Assembly (NCBI GenBank): GCA_965240325.2 | Contig: OZ251228.1 | Location: forward strand, 2,790,001-2,854,000 | Origin: Rebecca billardiae RCC1528 | Taxonomy: Eukaryota > Protista > Haptophyta | Reading direction: 5' to 3' | Length of the DNA: 64,000 nucleotides | Shown here: one piece after another, positions 1 to 10,634 of the stretch | Layout of the letters: every line of letters begins with the position of its first letter | Position numbering within the stretch: the first letter of the stretch is position 1 | Position numbers and translations under genes: made by a program | Notes under the pieces: generated by a model | What the model was told of the DNA's origin: nothing | Seen by the model: only the letters and a program-made list of their open reading frames with translations | Database searches by the model: none

Positions 1-60
1 CCTGCCTCGCACACTTGGGCGTGGGTTTCGTTGATTCCTCTGTTCACTATTCAAGACGGC

Positions 61-251
61 GGACGCGTCCTTTTTCGACGAGGATGCACCTGTAAGGGAG
101 TCTCAAAATTCGAAACTCGGTCTCCTCCAGCCCTAAAATTGTCCCCCGTGGCCCGTCCCTTTTTTCTTTGATCAAAGATCTTTTTGAAACGTGGTTCGGG
201 CCCGCTGGTGCGGGCTCCACGCTGCGCGCTCCGCCCTGCACCGCGGGCCAT
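61..251. repeat. Dispersed ~190-bp repeat (copies at 24891-25075 and 54673-54857)
   Basis: TCTCAAAA..CGAAACTCGGTCTCC..GATCAAAGATCTTTTTGAAACGTGGTTCGGGCCCGCTGGTGCGGGCTCCACG..GCGGGCCAT is shared with 24891-25075; homology ends sharply at GCGGGCCAT. Confidence 0.85.
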
Positions 252-530
252 AAACTACTATCACTTATTTCAATATTATAAATATATATATATTATATTA
301 TTCTGACGACGATATCGTCGATGCTGGCATCGACATCTGTCATCCATCCGCCAGGCCGCGCACGCGATCGGTCGCTTCGGCCTCCATCCATGATATTCAT
401 CGGGCTTAATATTCCATCCGCCATCGCCTCTGCCATCGGGCTCGGCAGCCTTCGACGCCTCACGGAGGAGCGCCGAGGCACTTGCGCTGCCAAGTGCTGG
501 TCGGGAAGCACCGCATCGTGGCGTCACCGC

Positions 531-1739
531 TCACGACAATGTGCTCATCCCTGCGCGCGGCGATGGCGCCCGTGGCAGGGCGGACGGAGCGCGAGTGAGG
601 AAGGGCGGATGGATGACGCGGGCGCGAGGGCGCGCGCGGCGGCGCCGCGGCTGTGCGCGGGCGCGTGCCGCACCTGGGTGGTGGAAGAGGATCGAGCGCG
701 TCCGCGTCGACTTGATGCCCGCGCCGGGCTTCCACGGGTTGGCCAGGTTGGCCGCCTCGGCCCTCTTTCTGTCCAGCTCGGCCTGCCACCGCTCCTGCTC
801 CGGGTCGGGCAGGTGCTCCGGGAACTTGTTGAGCGAGCCGTCGGCCGCGCCCTTGGCCTTGGCCGGGTACCACGGCTTCTCGACGTGGACCTTGACCTCG
901 GGCTTCTCCTTCTTGGCGGGCATGTCGACGGGGGCGTACACCGTCGACGCGGCCACCGTGCGCGTCTGGTCGAAGTAGTCCAGCGAGTGCGACATCCCCT
1001 TGAAGGGCTGCGGCTGGCGCAGCGCCTTGGACTTTGCGCGCGCGTCCATCTCGAGCTTGCGCGCGAGGTTGTACGGCTCCGAGTAGTACTCGAACTCCTT
1101 GCCCAGCTTGTGGGGCACGCCCTTGGGCTGCGGCGCGCCGAAGAGAATCCCCGGCGTGTTGAACCGCCCCTTCTTCGACGGCATCGTCATCATCTGCCGC
1201 GACTCGTGATCGACCGGGTCGGGCGGGCCGTCCGTCTTGCCGCCGTCAAACTCGCCCGCGTGGTGGAACTTGGCGCCGATCGTGCCGTAGTAGTTGCCCA
1301 GCCCGGAGGACTTCTTGTTGGGCGAGGAGTACTTGAAGCCGTGGTCCGTCAGGTTCTTCTTCTTCTCCTCCAGCGAGTGCTTCCGCGAGCGCTCAAAGTC
1401 CGACATCCACTTCTCGCCCTGCGCGCGCGCGTGGGCGCGCGGCGCGGTCGCGCGGTCGCGCGCCATGGCGGCGTGAGCGCGCGCGGGCGACCGCGGCGGC
1501 GGACCGGGCGTGACGGGGTGTCCAGGCGCGCGCCGTACCTCGTATAAGCGCTTGTAGTCCTTGTGAATCTCGTGCTTGGGCACGGGCCCGGCCGAGAAGT
1601 TGCGCACGCCTCTCAAGCGCATGTCTGTCTGCTTCGGCTTATCGTACGGATCGCCAATGCCGTGTGACGGGGGCCACGAGAATGTGCCCAGGTTGTTCAT
1701 CGTGTTGGGCATCATGTTCGGGACTGAGGACGACACCAT
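531..1739 (-). CDS. Cilia/flagella-associated protein 96-like (C4orf47/UPF0602 family), 3 exons; predicted introns 1419-1538 and 551-673
   Basis: Motifs IGDPY, FKYSSPNKKSSGLGNYYGTIG, PSKKG and EYYSEPY are recalled as typical of C4orf47/CFAP96. Two Arg/Ala/Pro-rich in-frame stretches are bounded by GT..CAG; the spliced protein ends HHPGMSTLS*. Confidence 0.75.
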   Translation of the reverse strand: MVSSSVPNMMPNTMNNLGTFSWPPSHGIGDPYDKPKQTDMRLRGVRNFSAGPVPKHEIHKDYKRLYEVRRAPGHPVTPGPPPRSPARAHAAMARDRATAPRAHARAQGEKWMSDFERSRKHSLEEKKKNLTDHGFKYSSPNKKSSGLGNYYGTIGAKFHHAGEFDGGKTDGPPDPVDHESRQMMTMPSKKGRFNTPGILFGAPQPKGVPHKLGKEFEYYSEPYNLARKLEMDARAKSKALRQPQPFKGMSHSLDYFDQTRTVAASTVYAPVDMPAKKEKPEVKVHVEKPWYPAKAKGAADGSLNKFPEHLPDPEQERWQAELDRKRAEAANLANPWKPGAGIKSTRTRSILFHHPGAARARAQPRRRRARPRARVIHPPFLTRAPSALPRAPSPRAGMSTLS

Positions 1740-1907
1740 GGCTGCTCACCCGCGCGGTGGCTGCGCCCGCGCCCTCGCCCGAGCCTCGTGTGTGGTGTGT
1801 GCGCCAATGGGCGACCTTGTTACACCTCGCTGAGACGCTGCAAGGTATGACAATGGCCGCGAAACGAACTGGGTAACCTCCTACGGTAACAGGGTTCCTT
1901 GTCCTCG

Positions 1908-2480
1908 TTTTTTTTTTTTTTCCCTTTATAACGGGCTCCGGGTGATCAGACTGGCGGCCGAAGCCTCCAGCCCTACCCTGGCCAGCCCCCAACCAACCAC
2001 CACCCTCACCCAACCTCGAACCACTGACCGATACACCAAGTGCCTTGACACCACTCCGCTGTGGACAGCCCGCCTCCAGAGGGGGCGGGGGTATGCCATT
2101 GCCGACAGCATACAAGCCCAACACTGTGGGGTGGTCCCAGGTACCAGCAGTGCACTGCCTTGCAATTCGAGATCATCGAGTTTGAGCCGAGTCGGCAGAC
2201 TGGGCACCCCCTAGGGCGCCCCAGTGTGGGCAGAGGGCCAGCCACTAGCCGATCCCTGCGCGGGGGAGGGGACGGAGGGGGCTGTCAGCGAGCCCAGTAG
2301 CTGGGCCGGGGTCTGTCTGGGCCACTGGTCCTGGCAGTGAGGCGCCTGTATTTCACTCGTGCTGCTATGGAGGCAGATGGTGTCATGTCAGACATGTGTG
2401 CGATATCGGGCATCAAGTCAGGGCGTGGGCCGCTGTAGGACGCAAGCAGAGTGGTGGCGATGGCTAATACGCCTGGGGAG
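1908..2480 (-). mobile_element. Possible degenerate 3' fragment of a non-LTR retrotransposon with A14 tail
   Basis: T14 at 1908-1921 (poly-A on minus) lies just after the stop of a Trp-rich minus-strand frame (..PQCWACMLSAMAYPRPLWRR..); composition differs from flanking genes; no clear TSD. Confidence 0.3.
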
Positions 2481-2540
2481 GTGTCGTTTGCGCGCCTCTT
2501 TTTGTTGGTTCCGTATTTTGCTTTTCGCGAGATATCCACA

Positions 2541-2589
2541 TCTCGCCTGCCTGAGCTGTGTGCGTCTCTTATTCTTAGTAAACTGTACA
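2541..2589 (+). repeat. Short dispersed ~50-bp motif (other copies 20290-20338, 20354-20388)
   Basis: TCTCGCCTGCCTGAGCTGTGTGCGTCTCTTATTCTTAGTAAACTGTACA recurs near-identically twice at 20.3 kb. Confidence 0.85.
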
Positions 2590-2744
2590 TTTTCCACCAG
2601 CGCGCGTTTTCTCCACGCGCGCCCACCGCAACACCGGCCGCGCGGGACAGCTGCGCGGGAGGTGCGCGCGCGACTCGGTCACCAGACGGAGAGGCCGCGC
2701 TGGCGAGCCTTCCGGAGCCTGCGATTCGGCCGCGCCAGCACATC

Positions 2745-4625
2745 ATGCGCGCGCTCGTAGTGTGCCTGCTGCTGGCGGCGGCGCTGCGCCCACAGCCGGC
2801 GGCGGCGGGGGTGCTCGCGCGGCCGCGCACGCCCAAGCTCGCCTCGCGCCCCAGCGCCATCGCGGACCCGACGCAGACGCGCACGTACCGCGTGATGCAG
2901 TCGGTGGCGCGGCGCGAGACGGGCGGCGCTGGCGGCGGCACCTCGTGGGAGGCGCTGCAGCGGCTCGACGCGGCGTGGGAGCGCATGCGGCACATGCCCA
3001 CGGGCGAGGCGGCCGGCCCGCCCCCCGAGTTCGTGCGCACGTCCGACGAGCCCGCCGGCGCCAGCGCGGCCAGCTTCGACGTGCTCGTGTGCGGCGGCAC
3101 CATCGGCATCTTCTACGCATGCGCGCTGCAGCTGCGCGGCCTCAAGGTGTGCGTGCTCGAGCGCGCGGCGCAGCTGCGCGGGCGCGAGCAGGACTGGAAC
3201 ATCTCGATGAAGGAGCTGCGCGAGCTCGTCGCCGCCGGCGTCCTCTCCGACGCCGAGCTCGACCAAGTGGTCGGCATCGAGTTCAACCCGATGCGGTGCG
3301 CGTTCGACGCGCAGGGCGAGACGTGGACGCGCGACGTGCTCAACGTGGGCGCGCGGCCGGACGCGCTGATCACGGCGGTGCGCCGGCGGTTCGAGGCGGC
3401 GGGCGGCGTCGTGCGCGAGGGCACCGCGCTCGACGGCCTCGTCGTCTGCGCGGACGGCGTGCGCGCGCGCGTGCGCCCGCTCGCGGCCGGCGGCGGCGGC
3501 GGCGGCGGCTCGGCGGCGGCGGCTGAGGGCGAGTGGGTGCGCGCTCGGCTGGTGCTCGACGCGATGGGCAACGCGTCGCCCATCCTCGCGCAGGCGCGGC
3601 ACGGCGTGAAGCCCGACGGCGTGTGCCTCGTCGTCGGCACGTGCGCGCGCGGCTTCGAGCCCTCGGCCAACACGTACGGAGACATCATCGCCACGTCCAC
3701 GCCGATGGAGGTGGCGGACGGGGGCGCGCGCGGCGGCGCCGAGGGCGCGCCCGCGCCGATGCAGCTGTTCTGGGAGGCGTTCCCCGCCTCGTCCGGCCCC
3801 GCGGATCGCACGACGTACCTCTTCACCTACCTGGACGCGCACCCCGCCCGCCCGTCGCTGCTCGCGCTGCTGGAGCGCTACTGGGAGGAGCTGGGCGAGT
3901 ACCAGGCAGGGCTGCTGCCGCAGCGCGCGCGCGGCGCGGCCGCGGTCGAGGCGGAGCTGGAGGTGCTCCGCGTCGTGTTCGGCTTCTTCCCCGCGTACCG
4001 CGACTCGCCCACGCCGCCGCCCTTCGACCGCGTGCTGCCCGTGGGCGACGCGGGCGGGCTGCAGTCGCCGCTCTCCTTCGGCGGCTTCGGCGCGCTCACT
4101 CGCCACCTGCAGCGGCTGAGCGACGGCGTGGAGCGCGCGCTCGCGGCGGACGCGCTCGGCGCGGCCGAGCTGCGCTGGATGCAGCCGTACCTGCCCAACC
4201 TCGCCGCGCCGTGGCTCTTCCAGAAGGCCATGTCCGCGCCCGTCGGCGCGTCGCCGCGCCCCGACGAGGTGAACGCGCTGCTCGGCTCCAACTTCCGCGC
4301 GATGGAGCGGCTGGGCGAGCGCACGCTGCGCCCCTTCCTGCAGGACGTGCCCAACGTGGGCGCGCTCGGCGCGACGATCGGCCGGATGATGCTCGACGCG
4401 CCGCTCGAGATGCCCGCGCTCATCGCCAAGATGGGCCCGATCTCGATCGGCGTGTGGTCGGCCCACATGGCGGCGATGGCCGCGTTCACCGCGGCCGACG
4501 CGCTGCTGTCGCCCGTGCTCGCCGCCGCGTGCGAGCGTGGCATGCTCGACGCGCGCTCCGAGCACCGGCTGCGATGCGCCATCGACGCGTGGCGCTTTGG
4601 CTCGGGCCGCGATTACGAGCTGTAA
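2745..4625 (+). CDS. cruP: CruP-type lycopene cyclase-like FAD-dependent oxidoreductase, probably plastid targeted
   Basis: FDVLVCGGTIG..LRGREQDWNIS, LDAMGNASPI, PDGVCLVVGTCARGF, FWEAFP, RTTYLFTY, VGDAGGLQSPLSFGGFG and LRPFLQDV match the CruA/CruP family; ATG 2745 opens a hydrophobic signal (MRALVVCLLLAAAL) plus an Arg/Ser/Pro-rich transit-like segment. Confidence 0.85.
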   Translation: MRALVVCLLLAAALRPQPAAAGVLARPRTPKLASRPSAIADPTQTRTYRVMQSVARRETGGAGGGTSWEALQRLDAAWERMRHMPTGEAAGPPPEFVRTSDEPAGASAASFDVLVCGGTIGIFYACALQLRGLKVCVLERAAQLRGREQDWNISMKELRELVAAGVLSDAELDQVVGIEFNPMRCAFDAQGETWTRDVLNVGARPDALITAVRRRFEAAGGVVREGTALDGLVVCADGVRARVRPLAAGGGGGGGSAAAAEGEWVRARLVLDAMGNASPILAQARHGVKPDGVCLVVGTCARGFEPSANTYGDIIATSTPMEVADGGARGGAEGAPAPMQLFWEAFPASSGPADRTTYLFTYLDAHPARPSLLALLERYWEELGEYQAGLLPQRARGAAAVEAELEVLRVVFGFFPAYRDSPTPPPFDRVLPVGDAGGLQSPLSFGGFGALTRHLQRLSDGVERALAADALGAAELRWMQPYLPNLAAPWLFQKAMSAPVGASPRPDEVNALLGSNFRAMERLGERTLRPFLQDVPNVGALGATIGRMMLDAPLEMPALIAKMGPISIGVWSAHMAAMAAFTAADALLSPVLAAACERGMLDARSEHRLRCAIDAWRFGSGRDYEL

Positions 4626-4786
4626 ACATCAGCGCCAGCTGCGCTGACGACACATGCTATACATGTTGATGACGATGGTTCATCATCGTCATACGATCGG
4701 ATCTGATCCCGCGGACTCAGCAGCGGACTGCGCTGATTATATATATATATATATATTAATTAAGACTCTTATTTGCCTCGTCTGCT

Positions 4787-4787
<1 letters not shown>

Positions 4788-4828
<41 letters not shown>

Positions 4829-4851
4829 GCTCTCTCTCTCTCTCTCTCTCT
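4788..4851. repeat. (CT)n microsatellite
   Basis: Direct read; short (AT)n tracts also at ~4737-4756 and ~5339-5362. Confidence 0.95.
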
Positions 4852-5454
4852 TGATGGGCAATAACTTTATATTGGCATGCCACTGCCAGATCCAGATTCA
4901 GATGATGATTGTGAATACGCCTACGGTGCCGATCATGCACGGACCTGCTGTCGAAATTCAATGCCGGCCGTTCCGCCTGACCACGATACTCGCCTGCTTG
5001 AGTCTGACGATATCAATGCGTTGGCTGCGCGGTAGTCGTGCGCGATACTTTTCAACGCGGCGGGACTGACAATGATGATATCATCGACCGATGATACATG
5101 TAACATGCATGGCTGAGCGAGCTGGTCAAGACTGTACTAAGCTGGCAGCAGAGTCGTCTTACTCTGACACGGCACGCCACGCCGCCACGCGATTTGGTGA
5201 CTTCGCCACGCACGGCTCAATGCCCGTCCAGAGGCACGGACGTGCCGCACTACCTGGCCAGCCACCCGCGATATCCGAATCAATCCCGCGATCGTTGAAG
5301 TCCCTGCCACGACCTGTTAAATATCGTCAGTATAACACTATATATATATATATATATATATACTGTAGCGTAATCTGGACCGGTCGTACCAGTTGCCGTA
5401 TCATCATCACTATACTCGGCGATATGATATTATTTATAAATGCGATGACAATGA

Positions 5455-6564
5455 TCATGCTGATGATTCTGAGCTGCCGGCGGAGGCTGGCTGGGCCAGC
5501 AGCGTCGTCTGAGGAGGCATCGCCGAGCAACTGGTTATGCGGAGCCTGCCATAAGTGGTCGGCAGAGCAGCAGCGGCGTCGGTGCGCACGTTGACGCTAG
5601 CGCAGAGGACACGCGCGACCACCTCATACTCAGCGGCGCGTTCCTGTGCGTACGCGGTTGCCAGCGCCGGGTCTTCGATTACCTCACCGTGGCCGGGGTA
5701 CTTCCCTCTGCTGTGCGGCAGGCGCGGTGGCTTGCGCGGTCGCTTGGGCAGGAGCGGAGTGCCACCCAGCCAGGACAGCACGCCGAGGAGGTCATGCTCG
5801 AGCTGCTCCTGCCGGACCACATACACGTCGTATCCACCGAGATAGTCGAGCACTCCCCGCAAGTAGAACTCGAAGCCTTTCCCGAGATGAAAGTGATCTG
5901 GGTGCTGATGGCGCTTTGGACGCTCCAGCCCCGGGTCAAGCGCGCGCTCGGCCGCGCGTGCACACTGGACGCTTGTGCTGTTGGGGTCGACGGCGGCTCG
6001 TGCAAAGCGCTCAAAGGTCCAGAAGCAGCCATACAGCTCGTGCTCTACAGGCCACTTCCAGGAGTAAAGCTCGTGGCTTACAGAGTGGTTGGCTCGTAGG
6101 TGCCTGTAGTTGAATGCCGACGTGTCGCGTTCGACTGGGTCCCGAATCGAAATGATCAGCTTGCGTCGCGCGCTGCGCTGAAGACAATTGCCGACGGTCG
6201 CGGGGTGCTGGTGCACGCCGAAGAAGGCGACGCCACTTTGTGCGAAGAACTTGATCGCGCTCGTCCCTGCTGTTTTCCCCACGTGCACGTAGCACAGGCG
6301 CTCAGCAGTGCGATTCTTGTGCGGTGCCAGCAGGCTGCGGCCTAATGGCATGCCATGGTGAGCACGCACCGGCGATCGCAGTCGCTCGTTGCGTGCTGTT
6401 CGCGTGGGGACGTCATTAACCGACGATCTCCGAGATCCGTGCGGCAGGCACAACGCAGGTACGACGAGGCACGCCAGGCGGAGTGACGTCACGGTCACCA
6501 GCAGTGACCAAGGCGGACGCCTTCGACTACCGGACCCGCGTGGGTGGCCATGCGTGCGTCGCAT
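5455..6564 (-). CDS. Membrane-anchored sulfotransferase-family protein (start and 3' end uncertain)
   Basis: 5'-PAPS-binding-like YVHVGKTAGTS and 3'-PB-like IISIRDPVERDTSAFNY, plus VVRQEQLEHDL; N-terminal hydrophobic stretch WSLLVTVTSLRLACLVVPALC. Confidence 0.7.
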   Translation of the reverse strand: MRRTHGHPRGSGSRRRPPWSLLVTVTSLRLACLVVPALCLPHGSRRSSVNDVPTRTARNERLRSPVRAHHGMPLGRSLLAPHKNRTAERLCYVHVGKTAGTSAIKFFAQSGVAFFGVHQHPATVGNCLQRSARRKLIISIRDPVERDTSAFNYRHLRANHSVSHELYSWKWPVEHELYGCFWTFERFARAAVDPNSTSVQCARAAERALDPGLERPKRHQHPDHFHLGKGFEFYLRGVLDYLGGYDVYVVRQEQLEHDLLGVLSWLGGTPLLPKRPRKPPRLPHSRGKYPGHGEVIEDPALATAYAQERAAEYEVVARVLCASVNVRTDAAAALPTTYGRLRITSCSAMPPQTTLLAQPASAGSSESSA

Positions 6565-7358
6565 TGGCGGGGCACGCACTAGTTCTGCAGGCGCGCAAAG
6601 GGCGACAGACTCGGGACTGGAAGAACTGCTACTGATGCGCTGATGAATCTGACGGCTGACCGCTGCACGGTCCACGCCAGCCCCTGCTGCCCCCCTCCAC
6701 GATGACCGAGACTCGCCCCCGGGCGACGACTTGGACGACGAGGAGGCACCGCAGCAGCGGGGGAAGCGCACCCTAGACGACGCCGCAGCGCCATCCGCCG
6801 CCAGCCAGCCAGCTGGATCGCGCGGCAAGCGCGTACGCGACCGCCCGGGGAGCACGGGGCAGGCTCGACCGGCTGCTACCAGCGGCTGAGACTGCCAGCT
6901 GACATCCGGACCTGCACCCTCGCCCTCGCTCGGGGCACAGCAGATCCATGCGAGCCGCGCAGCGCAGGTGGATCGCGCTCCAGCAGCTCAAGGCCGCAGT
7001 TCATGCAAGCCATTGCTGGCGATCGCGGTGGCAGGCCATGCCGCGGGCATGCTCTGCCACCAACGCCGACTTCGTGTCGACGATCGGGCACTACCGCCGC
7101 CGAATCAGGAGACCTGCGTCGTCCTACCTAACTGTGTCGTTAAATCATATAGAACGAGTACAGAGTGGCGCGATGCCAACAGTACCGGTACAGTACCGCT
7201 GCCAGCAGGCTGGCAGGCCGTCGAGCCGTTCGCGGATCACGCGCGGCCTGCCGGACACGCGCCTACGGTGTAAGCGCTATAACGTGCCGATGAACATTAC
7301 TGCGTCAGTGGCATCAGCACGACGACAGAGCAGCACGCTGTATAGATCGATGACCAGC

Positions 7359-7669
7359 TGTCAGGGAACGCGTCTCGAGGCTTGACGGTCGCGAGGTCGG
7401 TCGACGGCTTCGGCTCTTGTTTGCGGTGCGGAGCACAACGTGTTCGTGGTGCTCGGCTCATGTTTCCGCGTTCATTCAGAATCATCTGGAATACTTCGAG
7501 ATGCCGCCGCCAGCCATGCTGTCCTGCTGTATTTTAGGATGAGGTTCAGGTAGATTTTGGAGGATTTTGTGCGAGCGCCGCCGCAGCGGTCGCGCCGCCA
7601 CTGTGTGACTGCGAGTAAAATGTTGGATTGGAAATTGGAAATCACTGTAGATTGGCGATTCCTTTGACA
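7359..7669 (-). repeat. 3' LTR (311 bp)
   Basis: No differences from 10508-10818 seen by eye; TG..CA termini; PPT at ~7670-7680. Confidence 0.95.
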
Positions 7670-7934
7670 CCCCCCCTCAATCCAATATGCGCTCGTCTTT
7701 GAGGACTAAGCTTGGATTATGAGTGATTTTGGGCTTGGTATTGTTTGTGCATCTGTGTGCATGAGTGAATTGGAGTCAGTAATGGTTGCCAATGCCAGGA
7801 TACGGGTCATGTGCTGGGACTTCCGTGTGACGGTTTTGGGTAACCCGAGTCAGTCCTGGGCTTATTTGCACCATATGTTCACTCTTTGGCCTTGATCTTG
7901 GACCTTGTTATTGGGCTATGCCCTGCCTTGATAT

Positions 7935-10634
7935 TTAATCATAGGCATCCGGAGCAGGAATATCCAGGAAATGGATACGCTCCTTGGGAAATTTGTTGGC
8001 TCCCTTGTTTTTGCCTTTGTTGTAATTGTTGGCCTTGGGGCGTAGCTCTGGGTGGAGCTTCCAACACTGCTGGGCAGTATGGTTCTTGAGACCACAGTGA
8101 GTGCACCGTTTGCCGGTGTCCGAGATATTCGGCCCGCTCTCGCCATTGGCTGGAGCCTTTTGGGCCTGAGCGGCGAAGACTTCGGCGCCCTCAAAGTCAC
8201 CGCGTCGCCGCGTGCCTTGCTGATAATCAGCATTTTGGCGTATCTTGGAATAATTTTCGGTCTCTCTCCCCTTGGTATTGTTCTGATGGAGTAGCTTCAT
8301 TGAGCCGTGCCGTTTGTAGGCATCTTCCATCTGGGCCATTATCTGGTCAGTGTTATCCACACATTGCTCGGGCGTGAGCGCACCGAAGTGCGAGATAACT
8401 GACTCGTAGACTTGGGGATGGTCGTGCATGCTGTTATACAGCTTGAAGACCAACATCGTAGCATCGTCCAGATTCCCATATCGAGATGAGCGGACTTGCT
8501 CGACGGATTTCTTGATAATGTCCGATGCGCCAATGGGCGACACCTTTGTCGGGTATAACTTCAGGAATTCATCCCTGAGTTCGGACATAGTTGTGATCTT
8601 GAGCTCGCGCTCAAATATCTGTAGCAGCAGCGCCAGATCCAAGTAGTTCTTGGTCGGATCGCTGATGTGCAGCTTCGATTCCAGATAGGCGAATAACTGA
8701 GGCTCAATAGAGTCCTTCAGCTGCTTGAATATCGCTGCCGCAGATCGATCGTAGACCGATCCGATCTTGTTGGCGTCAGCGTTGTCAGCCTTGTATGGAT
8801 CGATTTTGGCTGCGTCTTTCACCCATTTGTCTTTGGCAATGAGTTGAAAGCCGGATAGCTTGCTATCCTTGGGCTCCATTATGTCAGGTGTGACATCTGA
8901 GGATTTGCCCTTGTAGTAGGTGCTCACTTCTGCGAGTGCATCCCGTATCGCGCTGTGTACCGCGCGCTTGGATTTCAGAGCCGACTGTGTCAGCTTGTGT
9001 GTGGCGGGTGTATCCACTCCTGCCGAGGATTCGCGTGCCATGAACACACGTTCCTTCTTGGTTGGATTAGAGTCTGTGACTCCTCCTTCGATGACTATCC
9101 AGTCACGTTTCTTCGACTCAAGTGCATTGGTCGATGTGTCGCGCGCGCTCTGTGGCGATTCGCGCTCTACCTTCGAGCGAGGAGTGACCCTCGTCGAGGC
9201 TGTGGTGCCTTCTTTGGGCTTCTTCACGCTCGTTCTGTCCAGCGGTGATGCATGTGCATCCGCGGCAGCTTCGGCGGAATACTCTTCCTTGCAAGAGTGT
9301 GGCGTTGTGATGGCTGACGCAGCTGATGCATGCGCACGCGCGTCGCGCTCGCCAACTTGGTTTTGCTGCGGCTTTGCCGTCAAGCAGGTGTATGATGCCC
9401 CCCCTGCATCGCATGCGCTTCCTACGTTCGACGCGAGTCGATACGTGCCAGACGAGGACTCTGCCGTCTCTGCGGCGGTCATCTCGCGGCTGCTTGTGTC
9501 GCTCGTGGCGAGCAGCTCGGCTTCGGAAGCCATCGTGAGGCTGGTAATTTTGGGGTAAACGTATTTGTTTGGGTCAGGCGCATCAATAATAAATGCGGCC
9601 GCTGACTTGATGCTTGAGCTCGCTGTGACAGAGTCACGTGTCGTAGCATCTTGGAGCATAGTTTGCTCTGCCAGACCATACAGGTCGTTTGCGTCGCACT
9701 CATCGGTGCTAATGTCCTCGTTCGATCGGTCAGACTCAGACACAGTGTCATGCGCGCGAGGCTGCAGACTGACTGCGGCGGTGGCACGACCTGCGCTGTC
9801 ACAGGCGGCGGCCAGATGGCCAGCACGCGGAGCAGCGTCGGCAGGCTCGAGGGCCTCGACGGTCGGAGCGGCATCAGCGGCAGCAGCGTCGAGCGCTACA
9901 TCTGCCCCGGAACGCTCGGTGACCTCGTTCGATGACTCGGAGGCCGCAAGGCACTCCTTGAGCTGCGGGCTCTCAGCCGCGCGCTCTTGAACCGCGCTCG
10001 CGGGCGCAGAGTCCCGGGCGGTAGTTGTTGAGATCCCCTGCGCAACGACGTGCGTGCGGATGGAGTGGCGCGATGGCGGGGGATGCGAGCGGCAACGCTC
10101 CTCCTCACCGCGCTGTGCGCGAACCTCCTCCTCAAGGTGATCCTTGATGTCGGCTCGAGGCCTTGCGTGCGATGCAGCATTGCGCGCATACGACACGATG
10201 CTGCCTGAGTTCAGGTCAGCGATGTTGCCAGGCCCGGAGGCGCTGGAGATGGGCTTGCGGAGAAGCGTGAGCTTCTCGCCTTGCCGGTTCTTCTCAGCCT
10301 GCATGCCCCTCAGGGCAGCCGCGAGGTAGTCTGGCGTGCGCTTGCGCGCAACCGCCGATGAGCCGCGCGGCATTGCCGCGCGCTCGGCCACGCCTGGCTT
10401 CAACCCAATGAGGGGAGCAACTGGGGCGGGCTGATGGCCGTTCACGTCCTTGCCGCTGTTCTCGTCGTCTCCATCCTTGCCCAAGTTCTCCCAGCACCGT
10501 GCTAGCATGTCAGGGAACGCGTCTCGAGGCTTGACGGTCGCGAGGTCGGTCGACGGCTTCGGCTCTTGTTTGCGGTGCGGAGCACAACGTGTTCGTGGTG
10601 CTCGGCTCATGTTTCCGCGTTCATTCAGAATCAT
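7935..10634 (-). CDS. gag: Gag-like protein (899 aa) with long low-complexity N-terminal extension and C-terminal CCHC zinc knuckle
   Basis: CTHCGLKNHTAQQCWKLHPE is a C-x2-C-x4-H-x4-C knuckle with the copia-type WKLHPE tail; helical capsid-like region precedes it; no protease, integrase, RT or RNase H motifs recognised. Confidence 0.8.
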   Translation of the reverse strand: MILNERGNMSRAPRTRCAPHRKQEPKPSTDLATVKPRDAFPDMLARCWENLGKDGDDENSGKDVNGHQPAPVAPLIGLKPGVAERAAMPRGSSAVARKRTPDYLAAALRGMQAEKNRQGEKLTLLRKPISSASGPGNIADLNSGSIVSYARNAASHARPRADIKDHLEEEVRAQRGEEERCRSHPPPSRHSIRTHVVAQGISTTTARDSAPASAVQERAAESPQLKECLAASESSNEVTERSGADVALDAAAADAAPTVEALEPADAAPRAGHLAAACDSAGRATAAVSLQPRAHDTVSESDRSNEDISTDECDANDLYGLAEQTMLQDATTRDSVTASSSIKSAAAFIIDAPDPNKYVYPKITSLTMASEAELLATSDTSSREMTAAETAESSSGTYRLASNVGSACDAGGASYTCLTAKPQQNQVGERDARAHASAASAITTPHSCKEEYSAEAAADAHASPLDRTSVKKPKEGTTASTRVTPRSKVERESPQSARDTSTNALESKKRDWIVIEGGVTDSNPTKKERVFMARESSAGVDTPATHKLTQSALKSKRAVHSAIRDALAEVSTYYKGKSSDVTPDIMEPKDSKLSGFQLIAKDKWVKDAAKIDPYKADNADANKIGSVYDRSAAAIFKQLKDSIEPQLFAYLESKLHISDPTKNYLDLALLLQIFERELKITTMSELRDEFLKLYPTKVSPIGASDIIKKSVEQVRSSRYGNLDDATMLVFKLYNSMHDHPQVYESVISHFGALTPEQCVDNTDQIMAQMEDAYKRHGSMKLLHQNNTKGRETENYSKIRQNADYQQGTRRRGDFEGAEVFAAQAQKAPANGESGPNISDTGKRCTHCGLKNHTAQQCWKLHPELRPKANNYNKGKNKGANKFPKERIHFLDIPAPDAYD

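Noticed and set aside
2679-4565. Long antisense/overlapping ORFs opposite cruP, GH16, AKR and MCM9 (e.g. 628, 597, 798 aa)
   Set aside because: Shadow frames caused by high third-position GC; Arg/Ala-rich with no motifs
6860-7358. Possible gene remnant interrupted by the LTR element
   Set aside because: Short frames with no recognisable motif; cannot be supported
7670-7934. pol remnant or frameshifted pol downstream of gag
   Set aside because: Only ~265 bp, with stops and no protease, RT, RNase H or integrase motif
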